A stretch of 64,000 bases of DNA from Gemmatimonadota bacterium (GTDB lineage Bacteria; Gemmatimonadota; Gemmatimonadetes; Longimicrobiales; Gaopeijiaceae): contig JBDHHQ010000004.1 in the NCBI GenBank assembly GCA_039589315.1, positions 1 through 64,000 on the forward strand. Reading direction: 5' to 3'. How positions within the stretch are numbered: the stretch's first letter is position 1; each line of letters starts with the position of its first letter. This document shows positions 37,405 through 48,005 of the stretch, in pieces. Both the position numbers and the translations under genes were made by a program. The notes under the pieces are model-generated. The model searched no databases. It had not been told where the DNA came from and saw only the letters and a program-made list of their open reading frames with translations.

Positions 37405-37602
37405 GGCAGGGACTCTGTGAGGTGGCATGGTGAGGACGATCCCTCAAACTCCCGACCCTGACATCATGCCACAAGGGAGTATCGCACCGCAGCCAGTGGC
37501 ACCGAATCGCGTTCTCATCTCGGTCACGTCCCTTCGAAACCCCGGCTCTCTGGATCCCGTATCGGGAAGTAGTCCTTCTCCGGAATCCTGCGAAGCGATC
37601 AT

Positions 37603-38931
37603 ATGTCGGTGCTCTGGTCCCGCCGGTGGCTGCCGTTGTGGCTGCTCGTCTGTGCGTCTCCCGCATTGGCGCAGGACGGTGACCGGATCTGGGGCGAGGT
37701 CTTCGCGGTCTCCGGCGAGCGCTACGAGGGGTTCATTCGCTGGGACCGGAACGAAGGGGGATGGGCCGACATCCTGCACGGATCCAAGGAGATCCCGAAG
37801 GAGAGCTACGAGGCGTGGCTCGATGCCCGGACGGCGGGCGAGCGGCCTACCCGCACGATCGATCTCATGGGGTACCGCATCTCCTGGGACGAGGAGGACC
37901 CGGACTTCCCGGCGACCGTTTCCTCGGGGATCCGCTTCGGACACCTGGCGGCCTTGACCGTCGTCGACGCGGACCGCGTCGCCCTCACGCTCCGATCGGG
38001 TGGTTGGCTGGAGCTTTCAGGAGGGTCCACGGACATCGGGACGTCAATCCGAGAGCTGGCGGTAGACGACCCCGAGCGGGGATCGATCGAGCTGGACTGG
38101 CACGACCTGGAGCGGATCGTCTTCTCCGCTGCACCCTTCGGAGCTCGAGCCGAATCCCGCCGCCTGTATGGCACGGTCGAGGATCGATCCGGCCGCCGGT
38201 TCACCGGACACGTCTCGTGGGACCTCGACGAGATCCTGGAGACGGACGTCTTGGACGGGGAGGACGAAGACGGCGAGGACCGGGGAATCGAGTTCGGCGA
38301 TATCCGCGTCATCGAACGTACGGAGGATGGGGCCCGGGTGACGCTCTCGTCCGGCGAAGGGCTGCACCTCTCGGGGACCAACGACGTGGACCGGGGACAC
38401 CGGGGGGTCCAGATCTCGGACACGGACCTGGGCATGGTGGAGGTGGAATGGGACGACTTCGTCGCGCTCCGCTTCCAGGACTCCCCACCGGGGGCCGGCT
38501 ACGACGCATATGACGGGGGTCACCGGCTCCTCGGGACCGTCGTCACCGGGTCGGGTGAGGAGATTCGGGGATGGGTGCGCTGGGACACCGACGAGCACTG
38601 GTCGTGGGAGCTCCTGAACGGGCACTCCGAGGGGGTCTCGCTCACCATCGAGCTCGGTCGGATCGCGAGCATGGAGCGGAACGACCCAGTCGGTACCGCC
38701 GTGACCCTTCTCGACGGCAGGACCTTCCGCCTCGACGACCCCGAAGACGCCGACCTGGACGTCAAGGGGATCTTCGTCGAGCCTCCGCACGACGAACCGG
38801 CCGCCACCGCCGCGCTCCGGTGGCGGTACGTCCCCTGGGCCGAGCTCAGGGGGGTTCGGTTCGAGCACCCCGCGGACGCCCGACACGGCGCGGGCGGCCA
38901 AGGTGTGGGCGAAGTGGGGCAGAGGCCGTGA
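37603..38931 (+). CDS. Secreted hypothetical protein with three internal repeats
   Basis: Signal peptide ending SPALA-Q. Repeats RIWGEV...GERYEGFIRWDRNE / RLYGTV...GRRFTGHVSWDLDE / RLLGTV...GEEIRGWVRWDTDE. Confidence 0.8.
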   Translation: MSVLWSRRWLPLWLLVCASPALAQDGDRIWGEVFAVSGERYEGFIRWDRNEGGWADILHGSKEIPKESYEAWLDARTAGERPTRTIDLMGYRISWDEEDPDFPATVSSGIRFGHLAALTVVDADRVALTLRSGGWLELSGGSTDIGTSIRELAVDDPERGSIELDWHDLERIVFSAAPFGARAESRRLYGTVEDRSGRRFTGHVSWDLDEILETDVLDGEDEDGEDRGIEFGDIRVIERTEDGARVTLSSGEGLHLSGTNDVDRGHRGVQISDTDLGMVEVEWDDFVALRFQDSPPGAGYDAYDGGHRLLGTVVTGSGEEIRGWVRWDTDEHWSWELLNGHSEGVSLTIELGRIASMERNDPVGTAVTLLDGRTFRLDDPEDADLDVKGIFVEPPHDEPAATAALRWRYVPWAELRGVRFEHPADARHGAGGQGVGEVGQRP

Positions 38932-41237
38932 GCGGCGCTCGCCGGATCGGCTGGCGGCCGTGGGCTCCTGCGATCGCCCTGCTTTCGGGCCTGGCGGCAT
39001 GGACCGCGGTGCCCGCGGCCGCGCAGACGCCCGAGTACGGTCCCGACACCTTTGCGGACTCCCTGGCCGGTGACCTCTATGCGTCGGCGGTCGAGAACTG
39101 GAGCACGCTGGACGAGTCCATCGTCCGCTATGCGGCGCTCATCCAACAACGTATTGCCGCGGCTATCCGGACGCCCCTGAAGGACCGGACCATCTACCGA
39201 AGCGAAACGGCCGTACGCGCGTTCTGGGACAAGGACTACGATGCCGTCGTCCAGGTCCTCGGGACCCGTTCGCAATACCCCGGGCGCGACATCGCAGCGC
39301 GCGAGGGCGATCTGGACTTTCTGGACGACATGCCCTTCGACGAGCCGTTCGAGCCCGGCGGCGACCGGCTCTTCTTCGGTCTGACCGACGAGGACTCGGA
39401 CGGCTTCCAGCCCAGCGACGACGACTTCTGGATCGCCCATCCGTTGGCCGAGGGCGCGGATTCCCTCTACCAGTTCCGGAGTGGGGACACGCTGACCCTC
39501 AGCCTGCCCGACGGACGCCGCCTGCAGGCGGTTCAGCTCGACGTTCTCCCCCGGAGAGCCGATGTGCACCGCATCACGGGGTCGCTCTGGATCGAGCCCG
39601 AGTCTGGCGCCCTGGTGCGCGCGGTCTACCGGCTGAGCCGTCAGTTCGACGCGATAAGGGACATCCCGGAGCTTCAGGAAGAAGAGGACGCGGGCGAGTT
39701 CAAGTACGTGCCCGGACTCCTCAAGCCCTGGACTTTCGACCTGAACATGGTCGCCGTCGACTACGGGCTCTGGGACTTCGAGGTGTGGCTGCCGCGCTCG
39801 ATGCGGCTGGAGGGCGAGGCCGCCGCGGGGATCATGAAGTTCCCGGTCTCGATGGACATCTCGTACCGGATGGAATCGGTCACGACCTCCAACGACGTGG
39901 CCGTCGAGATGGAGCCCGCGAGCGGCCCTACGGAGGTCCACTTCGAAACCCGGGCCGAGGCCATGGCCTTCATCGCCGAGCTTCTGTCCGAAGGCGACGG
40001 CACCGCGTACGAGCGGATGGGCGACTCCGAAGCGGCGAACAGGGGCAGGCGCTCGCTTCTGATCGTGCCGGAGGAACGGAGCCAGGTGGCGACGAGCCCA
40101 CACCTGCCGCCACCCATCTGGGAAGACGCGGCCGGCTTCCCCTCGGACGAGGATCTGGAAGACTATATCGGCACCCTCGCCGATTTGCCCGCGCCCACCG
40201 TCGACGGCATTCCCTGGTCATTCAACTGGGGCTGGGCCCGGCCTGACCTGATCCGCTACAATCGCATCGAGAGTCTGGCGATCGGGGGTAAGCTCGACTT
40301 CACTCTGGGTGGGCCGTATACGCTCGAAGCCTCCGCCTTCTTCGGGTTCGCCGACCTCCAGCCGAAGGTCCGCCTGGATCTCCAGAGGTCCACCGTGCTC
40401 CGCCGCTTGACGCTCGGTGCGTATTACGAGCTCAGGGCCACGGACCCGCTCGGCAGGTACCTGGGCTTCGGCAACTCCATGTATGCGCTGTTCTTCGGCC
40501 GCGACGACGGCGAGTACTTCGGCACCACGGGCGTCGACCTCTCGTGGCGCCCGCCAGCGGGGGCCCGTGAGTCATTCGTCTTCCGTGCGTACGCCGAACG
40601 GCAAGCGAGGGTGGAGATCAACACGAACTTCGCCCTGTTCCGCGTCTTCGACGGCGGCTGGGAGTTCCGGCCCAACGTCGCTGCCGACGACGCGGACGAG
40701 ATCGGCGCGGAGTTGCGGCTGTCACCCTGGTGGGGAAGCGATCCCCAGAGCACCCAGGTCGGCCTCGAGCTGTACGGCCACGGGGCCCGGTGGGACCCCA
40801 CCGACGAAGGCGGTCCGGCGGACTACGCGCGGGCCAGCGCCATCCTGCGGCTTGCGGTCCCGCTGGCAGGTACCCGCTGGCGGGTCGGCATGGAAGCCGG
40901 CGGCGGGATGACGTGGGGCGACGCGCCCATGCAGCGGAGCTGGTTCCTGGGCGGCGCGCGCACGCTGCGCGGATACCCGGCGTCGACCCTGGCGGGGCCA
41001 GCCTTCACCCGGGGCCGACTCGAGGTCGCCCGCGTCTACGACTTCGGCGCCCTGAGCGCCTTCGGCGATGCCGGCTGGGCTGGACAGAAGAGCGAGTTCG
41101 AAGCAGCCGACCTCCTCTACGGCGTCGGCGTGGGCGGGAGCTTGCTCGACGGACTCCTGCGGGTAGACCTATCCCACGGGATCAACGGACCGACCCGGCA
41201 ATTCCGGATCGACCTGTACCTGGATGGGATACTCTAG
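38928..41237 (+). CDS. Putative outer-membrane protein with C-terminal beta-barrel (Omp85/DUF5686-like)
   Basis: GTG overlaps the upstream stop. Signal peptide ...PAAA-Q. IRYNRIESLAIG, FLGGARTLRGY (Omp85 VRGY-like motif), AFGDAGWA, GVGVGGSLLDGLLRVD, amphipathic terminal strand. Confidence 0.75.
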   Translation: MSGARRIGWRPWAPAIALLSGLAAWTAVPAAAQTPEYGPDTFADSLAGDLYASAVENWSTLDESIVRYAALIQQRIAAAIRTPLKDRTIYRSETAVRAFWDKDYDAVVQVLGTRSQYPGRDIAAREGDLDFLDDMPFDEPFEPGGDRLFFGLTDEDSDGFQPSDDDFWIAHPLAEGADSLYQFRSGDTLTLSLPDGRRLQAVQLDVLPRRADVHRITGSLWIEPESGALVRAVYRLSRQFDAIRDIPELQEEEDAGEFKYVPGLLKPWTFDLNMVAVDYGLWDFEVWLPRSMRLEGEAAAGIMKFPVSMDISYRMESVTTSNDVAVEMEPASGPTEVHFETRAEAMAFIAELLSEGDGTAYERMGDSEAANRGRRSLLIVPEERSQVATSPHLPPPIWEDAAGFPSDEDLEDYIGTLADLPAPTVDGIPWSFNWGWARPDLIRYNRIESLAIGGKLDFTLGGPYTLEASAFFGFADLQPKVRLDLQRSTVLRRLTLGAYYELRATDPLGRYLGFGNSMYALFFGRDDGEYFGTTGVDLSWRPPAGARESFVFRAYAERQARVEINTNFALFRVFDGGWEFRPNVAADDADEIGAELRLSPWWGSDPQSTQVGLELYGHGARWDPTDEGGPADYARASAILRLAVPLAGTRWRVGMEAGGGMTWGDAPMQRSWFLGGARTLRGYPASTLAGPAFTRGRLEVARVYDFGALSAFGDAGWAGQKSEFEAADLLYGVGVGGSLLDGLLRVDLSHGINGPTRQFRIDLYLDGIL

Positions 41238-41270
41238 GCCGGCACGCGATGCTCCAGGCCAGGACCCTCG

Positions 41271-41705
41271 TCAGGCCTGGGACGAAACGGTCAGCTGGAA
41301 GCCGTCCGGATCCACGAGGTTGAACGCCCGCGCGCCCCAGGGCATGTCGGCCGGCTCGGACGCGAGCGAGCCCCCCCGCTCTTTGATCCCGGCGGCGATC
41401 TCGTCCACGTCTTGAGCGGTCGCGAGGTGCAGACGAAGCCCCGTTCCCTTCACCCGCTCGCGGCCCTTGGCCCAGTCATCCTGAGAGATCATCAGGTGAG
41501 CGGTTCCGGCCACGAGCGAAACGCCCCTGAGCTGGCCTTCGTGCTCCCATTCCTGCTCGACCGTGAATCCCACGATGTCGCGGTACCAGGCGAGGCTCGC
41601 CTGCAGATCGCCCACGGTGAGTCCGGCCGAGATGCTGCGAAGCCGTAGGGTCTCGGGTTTGTCTCGAGCGCGCCGCTCTTCCTGAGTCGCCACATGAGTG
41701 CTCAT
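41271..41705 (-). CDS. VOC / glyoxalase-bleomycin resistance family protein
   Basis: LTVGDLQASLAWYRDIVGF, EPADMPWGARAFNLVDPDGFQL. RBS ggagg. Confidence 0.9.
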   Translation of the reverse strand: MSTHVATQEERRARDKPETLRLRSISAGLTVGDLQASLAWYRDIVGFTVEQEWEHEGQLRGVSLVAGTAHLMISQDDWAKGRERVKGTGLRLHLATAQDVDEIAAGIKERGGSLASEPADMPWGARAFNLVDPDGFQLTVSSQA

Positions 41706-41944
41706 AGGGACCTCCATGCCATCCAAGGGGAGACACCGACCAGCCTGGTCTGCGATCTGCGTGATCCGGGCCGGCTCACCGGCTTCGGTCAACCACTCAC
41801 GGTATCACCGGGACGCCCGCGTCCGCCATGCCCTACCGACGCGGGCGCCACCGTGCTCACCCGGCCCTCCGGGCGTTGGGACCTCGCGGGTCCGTGCCGA
41901 GCTGGTGGCGGCATCGCTCCATCCCGTCAGCCCTGGGCGTCAGG

Positions 41945-43258
41945 CTACTCTGCTGCGACTACGGAAACCGTGTATCGCGCAAAGGGTGGGTCCTCACCCA
42001 TAGGGAACTCCCCGACCGCGTGCGCAATCCACGTTTCCCCCGACCGCAGGGACGGACCGCCCGGCGGAACGACGAAGACCCGGGCGGTCGTGATCGGCTC
42101 GTCTTCCGCATCGAGCCATGTGACCTCGAGGACCAGCCGGTGGAGCGAGCGCACCCCGCGATTATGCGTGGTCAGGGTGAGGAAATGGGCACGCTCCGTT
42201 CCTGTCTCGGCGATCCTGCCGTCGCGCTCACCGACGTCGATGTCGATGTGGGCCGGCTGATCGAACGGCCAGTCGAGCTCGAGCGGGATGGGAGCGTCAT
42301 AGGCGCTGGCCGCAGGCTCGAGCTCTGCGATATCGATCGAGAGACGTACGTGATCGAGATTCGGCGCAGATCCCTCCTCGTAGAACGTTCTCGACAGCGG
42401 CACCCGTTCCCCGGGGCGCAGGTAGGGCTGGTAGTCGTCTCTGGCGTCGACGAACCCGGTCAGGATCTCCTCCTGGTTGGGTAAGACCATCGAGGCTCGC
42501 AGGCGAAGCCTGTGCACTTCCTCACTCTCGCTGGACACCGTGGCCTTCAGCTCGTACGCGAACGCCGAATCGTAGATGCTCAGGAGCGATTGCCGTACGT
42601 CGACCAACAAGCCGGTGGCCTCGATACCGTCCCCCAACTCGATAGGGATCTCGTGCTGCCCCGACGGCTCCGCGTCCACCGCGGTAGGAGACACCTCACT
42701 GGGTGGCGCCGGGGCTTCGCCATCCGTTGGCGAGAACGAACTCGGGCCGACGATCAAGAGGCCCAGCATCGCGACAGCGCCGGCCGCCACCATGAACACC
42801 CATGCCTTCGATCGGGCCGGCTTACGCTTGCCCGTGGCCAGGGGTGAGAGGGTGGCCAACAAGCCGAAAGACGGCTCATGGTTGGGGTCGAGCTCGATGC
42901 AACGACGCGCGTAGCGTTCCGCAGCGTTCCGATCCTCGTCTCGTCGAGTCTCCTGCCAACGGCTCACGTGTGCCGCCGCCAGCTCCTGAAGGAGCGGGAC
43001 GTTGAACGGGTCCAGGACCGCCGCTCGCCGAAGCTCTCGTACCGCGTCGTCCCAAGCGCCATTCTCGTAGAAGTGACGACCTCGCTGCCAGTCAGCGTCG
43101 ATCCTCTCTTCGAGACCTGCCAGGTCCTCGTCGGAGAGCCCCAGGTCCCGTGCGACATCCTCCAACTCCTGCTCGTCGAGCCAGTCCTCGTGCTCGTCCT
43201 GCAGGACGAGCAGCCGTTCGATATAGTCCTGGAGGATCTTGTCGTCGTCGGATGTCAT
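41945..43258 (-). CDS. Hypothetical single-pass membrane protein with N-terminal TPR-like region and C-terminal beta-rich domains
   Basis: ELEDVARDLGLS; TPR-like GAWDDAVRELRRAAVLDP and AERYARRCIELDPNH; TM AWVFMVAAGAVAMLGLLIVG; two LRPGE/LRSGE-containing domains. Confidence 0.75.
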   Translation of the reverse strand: MTSDDDKILQDYIERLLVLQDEHEDWLDEQELEDVARDLGLSDEDLAGLEERIDADWQRGRHFYENGAWDDAVRELRRAAVLDPFNVPLLQELAAAHVSRWQETRRDEDRNAAERYARRCIELDPNHEPSFGLLATLSPLATGKRKPARSKAWVFMVAAGAVAMLGLLIVGPSSFSPTDGEAPAPPSEVSPTAVDAEPSGQHEIPIELGDGIEATGLLVDVRQSLLSIYDSAFAYELKATVSSESEEVHRLRLRASMVLPNQEEILTGFVDARDDYQPYLRPGERVPLSRTFYEEGSAPNLDHVRLSIDIAELEPAASAYDAPIPLELDWPFDQPAHIDIDVGERDGRIAETGTERAHFLTLTTHNRGVRSLHRLVLEVTWLDAEDEPITTARVFVVPPGGPSLRSGETWIAHAVGEFPMGEDPPFARYTVSVVAAE

Positions 43259-43691
43259 CGGAGGGACTCCGGATCTCGGCTGATATGACTGAGTGGCATC
43301 ATGACGGAGCCCGCGGCATCTCGTCAACAACGTGGAAGAAGCCGAACTCGTTGTTACCGGTCGCGCACGCCCACGCGCAGGACGAGCCTCGATGGCCAAT
43401 GAGAAGACGGTGATGCGCGTAATCCCCTGGCCGGTGGACCGTGTGCGTTCCAAGTCCTGCCGGCGGGTGATGAGCCGCGCTCGGGCGAGGCGGTGTACCG
43501 GCGGGGGCATCAACAACCTCTGGCCGCGGTGACGGCGCCACGGCGTGGGCTCCACATGCACTCTGTCGCGCGGCCGTTTCCGGAGCAAGATTCACGACCG
43601 CGCTTGACGCGGAATCGTCGAGGTCGAGCGCAGGTTGCCGCAATGGCTCAGCGGGTCTCGATACATCACGCCTCTTACGGAGCCGAGAACG

Positions 43692-44354
43692 ATGCCGTCC
43701 CACCCTCCGCGTGGTGACTTGCCACCGGAGCCGACCGACTTCTTCCGAACCTACGGCTCCGCCCTGGCCCTGACGGCCGCCAACGTATACGTGGTCTTCC
43801 CCACGGTGATGTCGTCCTGGCCGTTGGCCGAGCTCATGTGGGTGTACTGGCTACAGAGCGTGATCATCGGTGGGGCGCATGTCCTGAGGATCCTCTCACT
43901 GCAGGACTTCGAGATCGGAGAAGACTTCAAGATCCTCGGACGAGCGGTGCGAAAGGGCGACCGCACAAAAGGACTGGTGGCCGGTCTGTTCGCATTGCAC
44001 TACGGCTTCATCCACTTCGCGTTCATGGTCTTGATGGCAATGGCGTTCAAGGTGAAGCCCACCGAATTCGACGGGTTCCTGATCGCGGGCGCGTTGTTTG
44101 CGGTCACGCATGCCTTCGCGTTCGTCAAGCAACGTCCCGCTCTTGCCGTGGCCACGCCGGACCTCGGCACGCTGATGTGGTTCCCGTACGTCCGGATCCT
44201 TCCCATGTTCTTCACCATCCTGATAGGGATCGGCTTTCTTGGTCCGGTCTCGGAGGGCGCCGTCGCGGCAACGCTGCTCTTCATCCTCTTGAAGACCATC
44301 GCCGACGTAGGCATGCACCTCATAGAGGAACGCAGGATCCGCACCACCGGATAG
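43692..44354 (+). CDS. DUF6498-like integral membrane protein
   Basis: LMWVYWLQSVIIG, FALHYGFIHFAF, MWFPYVRILPM, LFILLKTIADVGMH..E. Confidence 0.75.
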   Translation: MPSHPPRGDLPPEPTDFFRTYGSALALTAANVYVVFPTVMSSWPLAELMWVYWLQSVIIGGAHVLRILSLQDFEIGEDFKILGRAVRKGDRTKGLVAGLFALHYGFIHFAFMVLMAMAFKVKPTEFDGFLIAGALFAVTHAFAFVKQRPALAVATPDLGTLMWFPYVRILPMFFTILIGIGFLGPVSEGAVAATLLFILLKTIADVGMHLIEERRIRTTG

Positions 44355-44361
44355 GAATCGT

Positions 44362-44396
44362 GAGGCCCCCGGGAGACGCCGAGCTCCCGGAGCCTC
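44362..44396. terminator. Hairpin between convergent genes
   Basis: gaggc..ccgggag-acgccgag-ctcccgg.gcctc just after the stop at 44354. Confidence 0.35.
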
Positions 44397-44509
44397 GAGG
44401 AGGCTGCATCCCCTTCAGCCGGCTTCGGGCAACCGCCCGGTGCTCGCCCAAAGGCCCGCCAGCTCGGAGCTCGAGAGGCCGGGCCTCGCCGAGAGCCGAG
44501 AAGCCGCGC

Positions 44510-47500
44510 TCATTCCTCCTGCGAGATGATCGGCGCGATGTTCTGGCGTCTCAACATCGCGTTGTACTCCGCCACGATCCCGTTCATCACGTTCTCCAGG
44601 CGCTCCCGCAATACGGTCCATTGGCCGCTCAGGTCCTCCATCCGGTCGTACGAGCCCTGCGTCGGGCGGCCATGAGGGTCGGCTACGTAGCCGTACAGAT
44701 AGGTGAACTGGTGATCCAGCATCGGCTGGAAGTTGATCGGGTCCTGACGGCTCTGGCTGTTGGTGTTGATGATGTCGTCTTCGATTCCCGTGAGCGCCAT
44801 GGCGATGGAGTCCGCCATCTCCCGGGCTTCAGCAGCCATCTCGGCACCTTCCATCTCCAGACGTTCCGCCATGTCCGCCGACAGCTCCCGAACCCTGCGG
44901 AGCCGCTCTACGTTCGCGTAGATGGTGGAAAGGGAGTCCTTGACCTCGGTGGCCAACCGCCACTGCTCCTGGAGGTCGGCTGCGGTCACGGCGTCGAGCC
45001 GCGGGTCCGCCAGAACCCTGAGTGCCTGCTCCTGGCTCCAATCCCCCATAGTGAGGCGCACGGTGTAGGGGCCCGGAATCACGGTCACACCACCCGTGTA
45101 CCCCCAGCTGGTCACCGCGTCCGGCGGGACGTCCACCCCCTCGGTCCGGAGATCCCACGCGAAGCGGTGACTCCCGGCAGAGGCCGGCAGCACGGGATCG
45201 GCCTCTCGCTGGGGCCGGTCCTCGCCGCCCGCGCCGTCCTCGGCCTCGTCCTTCCGCGACGAGTAGCTCTTCAGCGGGGACCCCGACGAATCCAGAATCT
45301 CCATCGTCAGCTCTTGCGTCGCGTCTTCGGCCAGGAAGTAGGTGATGACCGCACCCTCCGGCGGATTCTCGGGCCAGATCTTGCCGTCCCCGCTCCCGCC
45401 TCGCGACACGCGGTAGGCGCCTCTCGGCGCGTAGAGGTGCGCCGGGGCCGACGCCAGTGCGGGCGTGACCTCGTGGAGCGGTGTGATGTCGTCGAGGATC
45501 CAGAACGACCGGCCCTGGGTCGCCAGAACCAGGTCCCGGCGGTGCACCTTGATGTCCGTCACGGGGACGACGGGCAGATTGTGCTGGAGCGACTGCCAGC
45601 GCGCCCCGTCGTCGAAGGAGACGAACAGCCCGAACTCGGTTCCGGCGTACAGCAGGCCCTGGCGGTCCGGATCCTCCCGCACGACCCGGACCGGATGATC
45701 GCCGGGAATGCCATTGGACCCGTCGGTGAGGAGGTGCCAGGTCTCCCCGTAGTCAGCCGTCCTATACAGGTAGGGGCTGAAGTCGTCCATCCGGTACCGG
45801 TGGACCGCCAGGTAAGCCTTCGCCGGGTCATGGGGCGAGACCTCGATCACGTCCACGGTCGACGCGATCTGCACCCCGCCGGGTGTGACGTCGGACCAGC
45901 TGCCGCCCCCGTCCCGCGTCAGGTGGACCCGGCCATCGTCGGTCCCGGCCCAGATGACGCCCCGCTCGTGCGGAGAGACGGTCACGCTGAAGATCGTGTT
46001 GAAGACCTCGACACCGGTCCCCTCGCACGTGATCGGCTGTCCGCCGCAGTGCTGGTGGGCGGGGTTGTTCGTGGTCAGGTCCGGTGAGATCGGCTCCCAC
46101 GACATCCCGGCGTCGGTGGTGCGGAAGAGCCGGTTGGACGCGTGGTAGATCGTGTTGGCGTCGTGGGGGTCCACCTCGATGGGAGATACCCACTGGAACC
46201 GGTACTGGAGGTCCTCGGCGGGGCTCCCGAGCTGCATCTGCGGATAGACCATGATGTTCCGCTCTTCGCCGGTCCGGGCGTCCCACCGGTCGATCACGCC
46301 TCCGTAGCATCCCGAGTAGATCAGATCGGGGTTGTCGGGATCCATGGCCACGGGCCCGGTCTCACAGCCGCCGATCGAGTGCCAATACTGCTCCGGCGAG
46401 ATGTCGGCGCTGAACCACGAAGGCACGGTGATGGTCGAGTTGTCCTGCTGGGGTCCGTAGACGCGATACGGGAACTGGTTGTCCACCGTCACGGAGTAGA
46501 ATTCCGCGGTTGGCTGATTGTAGTAGTCCGTCCACGTCCTGCCGTTGTTGACGCTCACCTGACCGCCGCCGTCGTCGGCGACGATCATCGTCGTGGGGTC
46601 GTCCGGGTTGATCCACAGATCGTGGACGTCGCCGTGCGGTACGGAGATCGGATCGAACGTCCTACCGCCGTCCACGGACCGGTACAGGCCCGTGTTCATG
46701 GCGTAGACCGTGTTCTCGTCCTGTGGATCCGGCTCCAGGTGCATGTAGTAGTAGGCTCGCTGCCGGAGCTTCCGGTTCTCGTTCACGCGAACCCACGTCT
46801 TGCCGCGGTCGTCCGAACGGTACACGCCGCCGTCGGGCTCCGGGGCCTCGACGAGCGCCCAGACCCGGTCCGGGTTCGCCGGTGAGACCGCCACGGACGA
46901 CTTGCCGAAGAGCCCCGTGGGGAGCCCGCCACCCAGCTTCTCCCAGCTGTCCCCTCCGTCCGTGGTCTTCCAGATGCCCGCCTCACTGGCCCCGGAGATG
47001 ATCACCCAGGGCTTCCGCTCGGCCCGCCACGCCGAAGCATAGATTTCCCGGGGGTTGTCGGGATTCATGGCCAGGTCCACGAACCCGGTCGAATCGGACA
47101 CGAACAGCACCTGCTCCCAGGACTGCCCACCGTCCGTCGTTCGGTAGACGCCTCGATCGGGGTTGGGTCCGAAGGCGTGGCCGAGTGCCGCGATGTAGGC
47201 AACATCGGGGTCACTTGGGTGGATCTTCAGGTCGCCCACCTGCCCGATGTCCGTCAGCCCAACGTGAGACCACGTGTCCCCGCCGTCCGTGGAGCGGTAC
47301 ACGCCTTTGCCGGTGGAGACGTTCCCGCGGATACACGCCGATCCCGTGCCGACGTAGATCACATTGGGGTCGGTGTCCGCGACGTCGAGGGCCCCGACGG
47401 GGGCGACGTCGAAAAACCCGTCGGTGATGTTGTCCCACGTCTTCCCCGCGTCGTCGGTCACCCAGACGCCCCCTCCGGTCGTCCCGGTATAGAACACGTT

Positions 47501-47764
47501 GGGGTCGGTCGGGTGACCGGTAACGGCCGTGGACCTGCCGCCGCGGTACGGCCCGATCATCCGGTATTCCATACCGTCGAAGAGTGCCGGATCGTATGCG
47601 GGAGCCGCGTCCTGAGCCTCGAGCGGACCGGTCGGCGTCCCGGCCAGTATCAGGGCCCCGAGTGCGGAGAGGTACAGGAGGAAGAGGGCAAGGGAGCCGC
47701 GTGACGAGTCATTTCGCTCGGCGAACGCGGAGGAGTGGTCCCTGGCGATTCCGGCGCTCCACAT
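44510..47764 (-). CDS. Secreted VPS10/sortilin-like BNR-repeat beta-propeller protein (glycosyl hydrolase-like)
   Basis: YRMIGPYRGGRS; many Asp-box repeats (STDGGDTW, TTDGGQSW, SDDRGKTW, SFDDGARW); YRFQWVSPI; ATQGRSFWILDDI; helical C-terminus. Start uncertain. Confidence 0.9.
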   Translation of the reverse strand: MWSAGIARDHSSAFAERNDSSRGSLALFLLYLSALGALILAGTPTGPLEAQDAAPAYDPALFDGMEYRMIGPYRGGRSTAVTGHPTDPNVFYTGTTGGGVWVTDDAGKTWDNITDGFFDVAPVGALDVADTDPNVIYVGTGSACIRGNVSTGKGVYRSTDGGDTWSHVGLTDIGQVGDLKIHPSDPDVAYIAALGHAFGPNPDRGVYRTTDGGQSWEQVLFVSDSTGFVDLAMNPDNPREIYASAWRAERKPWVIISGASEAGIWKTTDGGDSWEKLGGGLPTGLFGKSSVAVSPANPDRVWALVEAPEPDGGVYRSDDRGKTWVRVNENRKLRQRAYYYMHLEPDPQDENTVYAMNTGLYRSVDGGRTFDPISVPHGDVHDLWINPDDPTTMIVADDGGGQVSVNNGRTWTDYYNQPTAEFYSVTVDNQFPYRVYGPQQDNSTITVPSWFSADISPEQYWHSIGGCETGPVAMDPDNPDLIYSGCYGGVIDRWDARTGEERNIMVYPQMQLGSPAEDLQYRFQWVSPIEVDPHDANTIYHASNRLFRTTDAGMSWEPISPDLTTNNPAHQHCGGQPITCEGTGVEVFNTIFSVTVSPHERGVIWAGTDDGRVHLTRDGGGSWSDVTPGGVQIASTVDVIEVSPHDPAKAYLAVHRYRMDDFSPYLYRTADYGETWHLLTDGSNGIPGDHPVRVVREDPDRQGLLYAGTEFGLFVSFDDGARWQSLQHNLPVVPVTDIKVHRRDLVLATQGRSFWILDDITPLHEVTPALASAPAHLYAPRGAYRVSRGGSGDGKIWPENPPEGAVITYFLAEDATQELTMEILDSSGSPLKSYSSRKDEAEDGAGGEDRPQREADPVLPASAGSHRFAWDLRTEGVDVPPDAVTSWGYTGGVTVIPGPYTVRLTMGDWSQEQALRVLADPRLDAVTAADLQEQWRLATEVKDSLSTIYANVERLRRVRELSADMAERLEMEGAEMAAEAREMADSIAMALTGIEDDIINTNSQSRQDPINFQPMLDHQFTYLYGYVADPHGRPTQGSYDRMEDLSGQWTVLRERLENVMNGIVAEYNAMLRRQNIAPIISQEE

Positions 47765-48005
47765 TGCAGTGCCTCCTGATCATCTCGGGTGGGTCGAGGA
47801 GACATTGTAGAGAGCCGTGTCCGGGCTCCGCCACCTGCGGAGCGCACTCGACCAGGTGCGAACGGAACGCAATCCAGCCCGACCGCAGCCTATGTGAGAT
47901 CGAGCGCCGCCGGTGACGTCAGCTCGTCCCTCGGCTGCCGTCGAGGCACGTCCTGTGATTCAGTATCCGCTCAGCAAATGGAGGGCGGGGCTTGGAGGGT
48001 CGGCC

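Noticed and set aside
43260..43690. ORFs 43299-43703 and 43332-43532, and the 5' extension of 41945-43588
   Set aside because: Low-complexity translations without motifs; probably a divergent promoter region.
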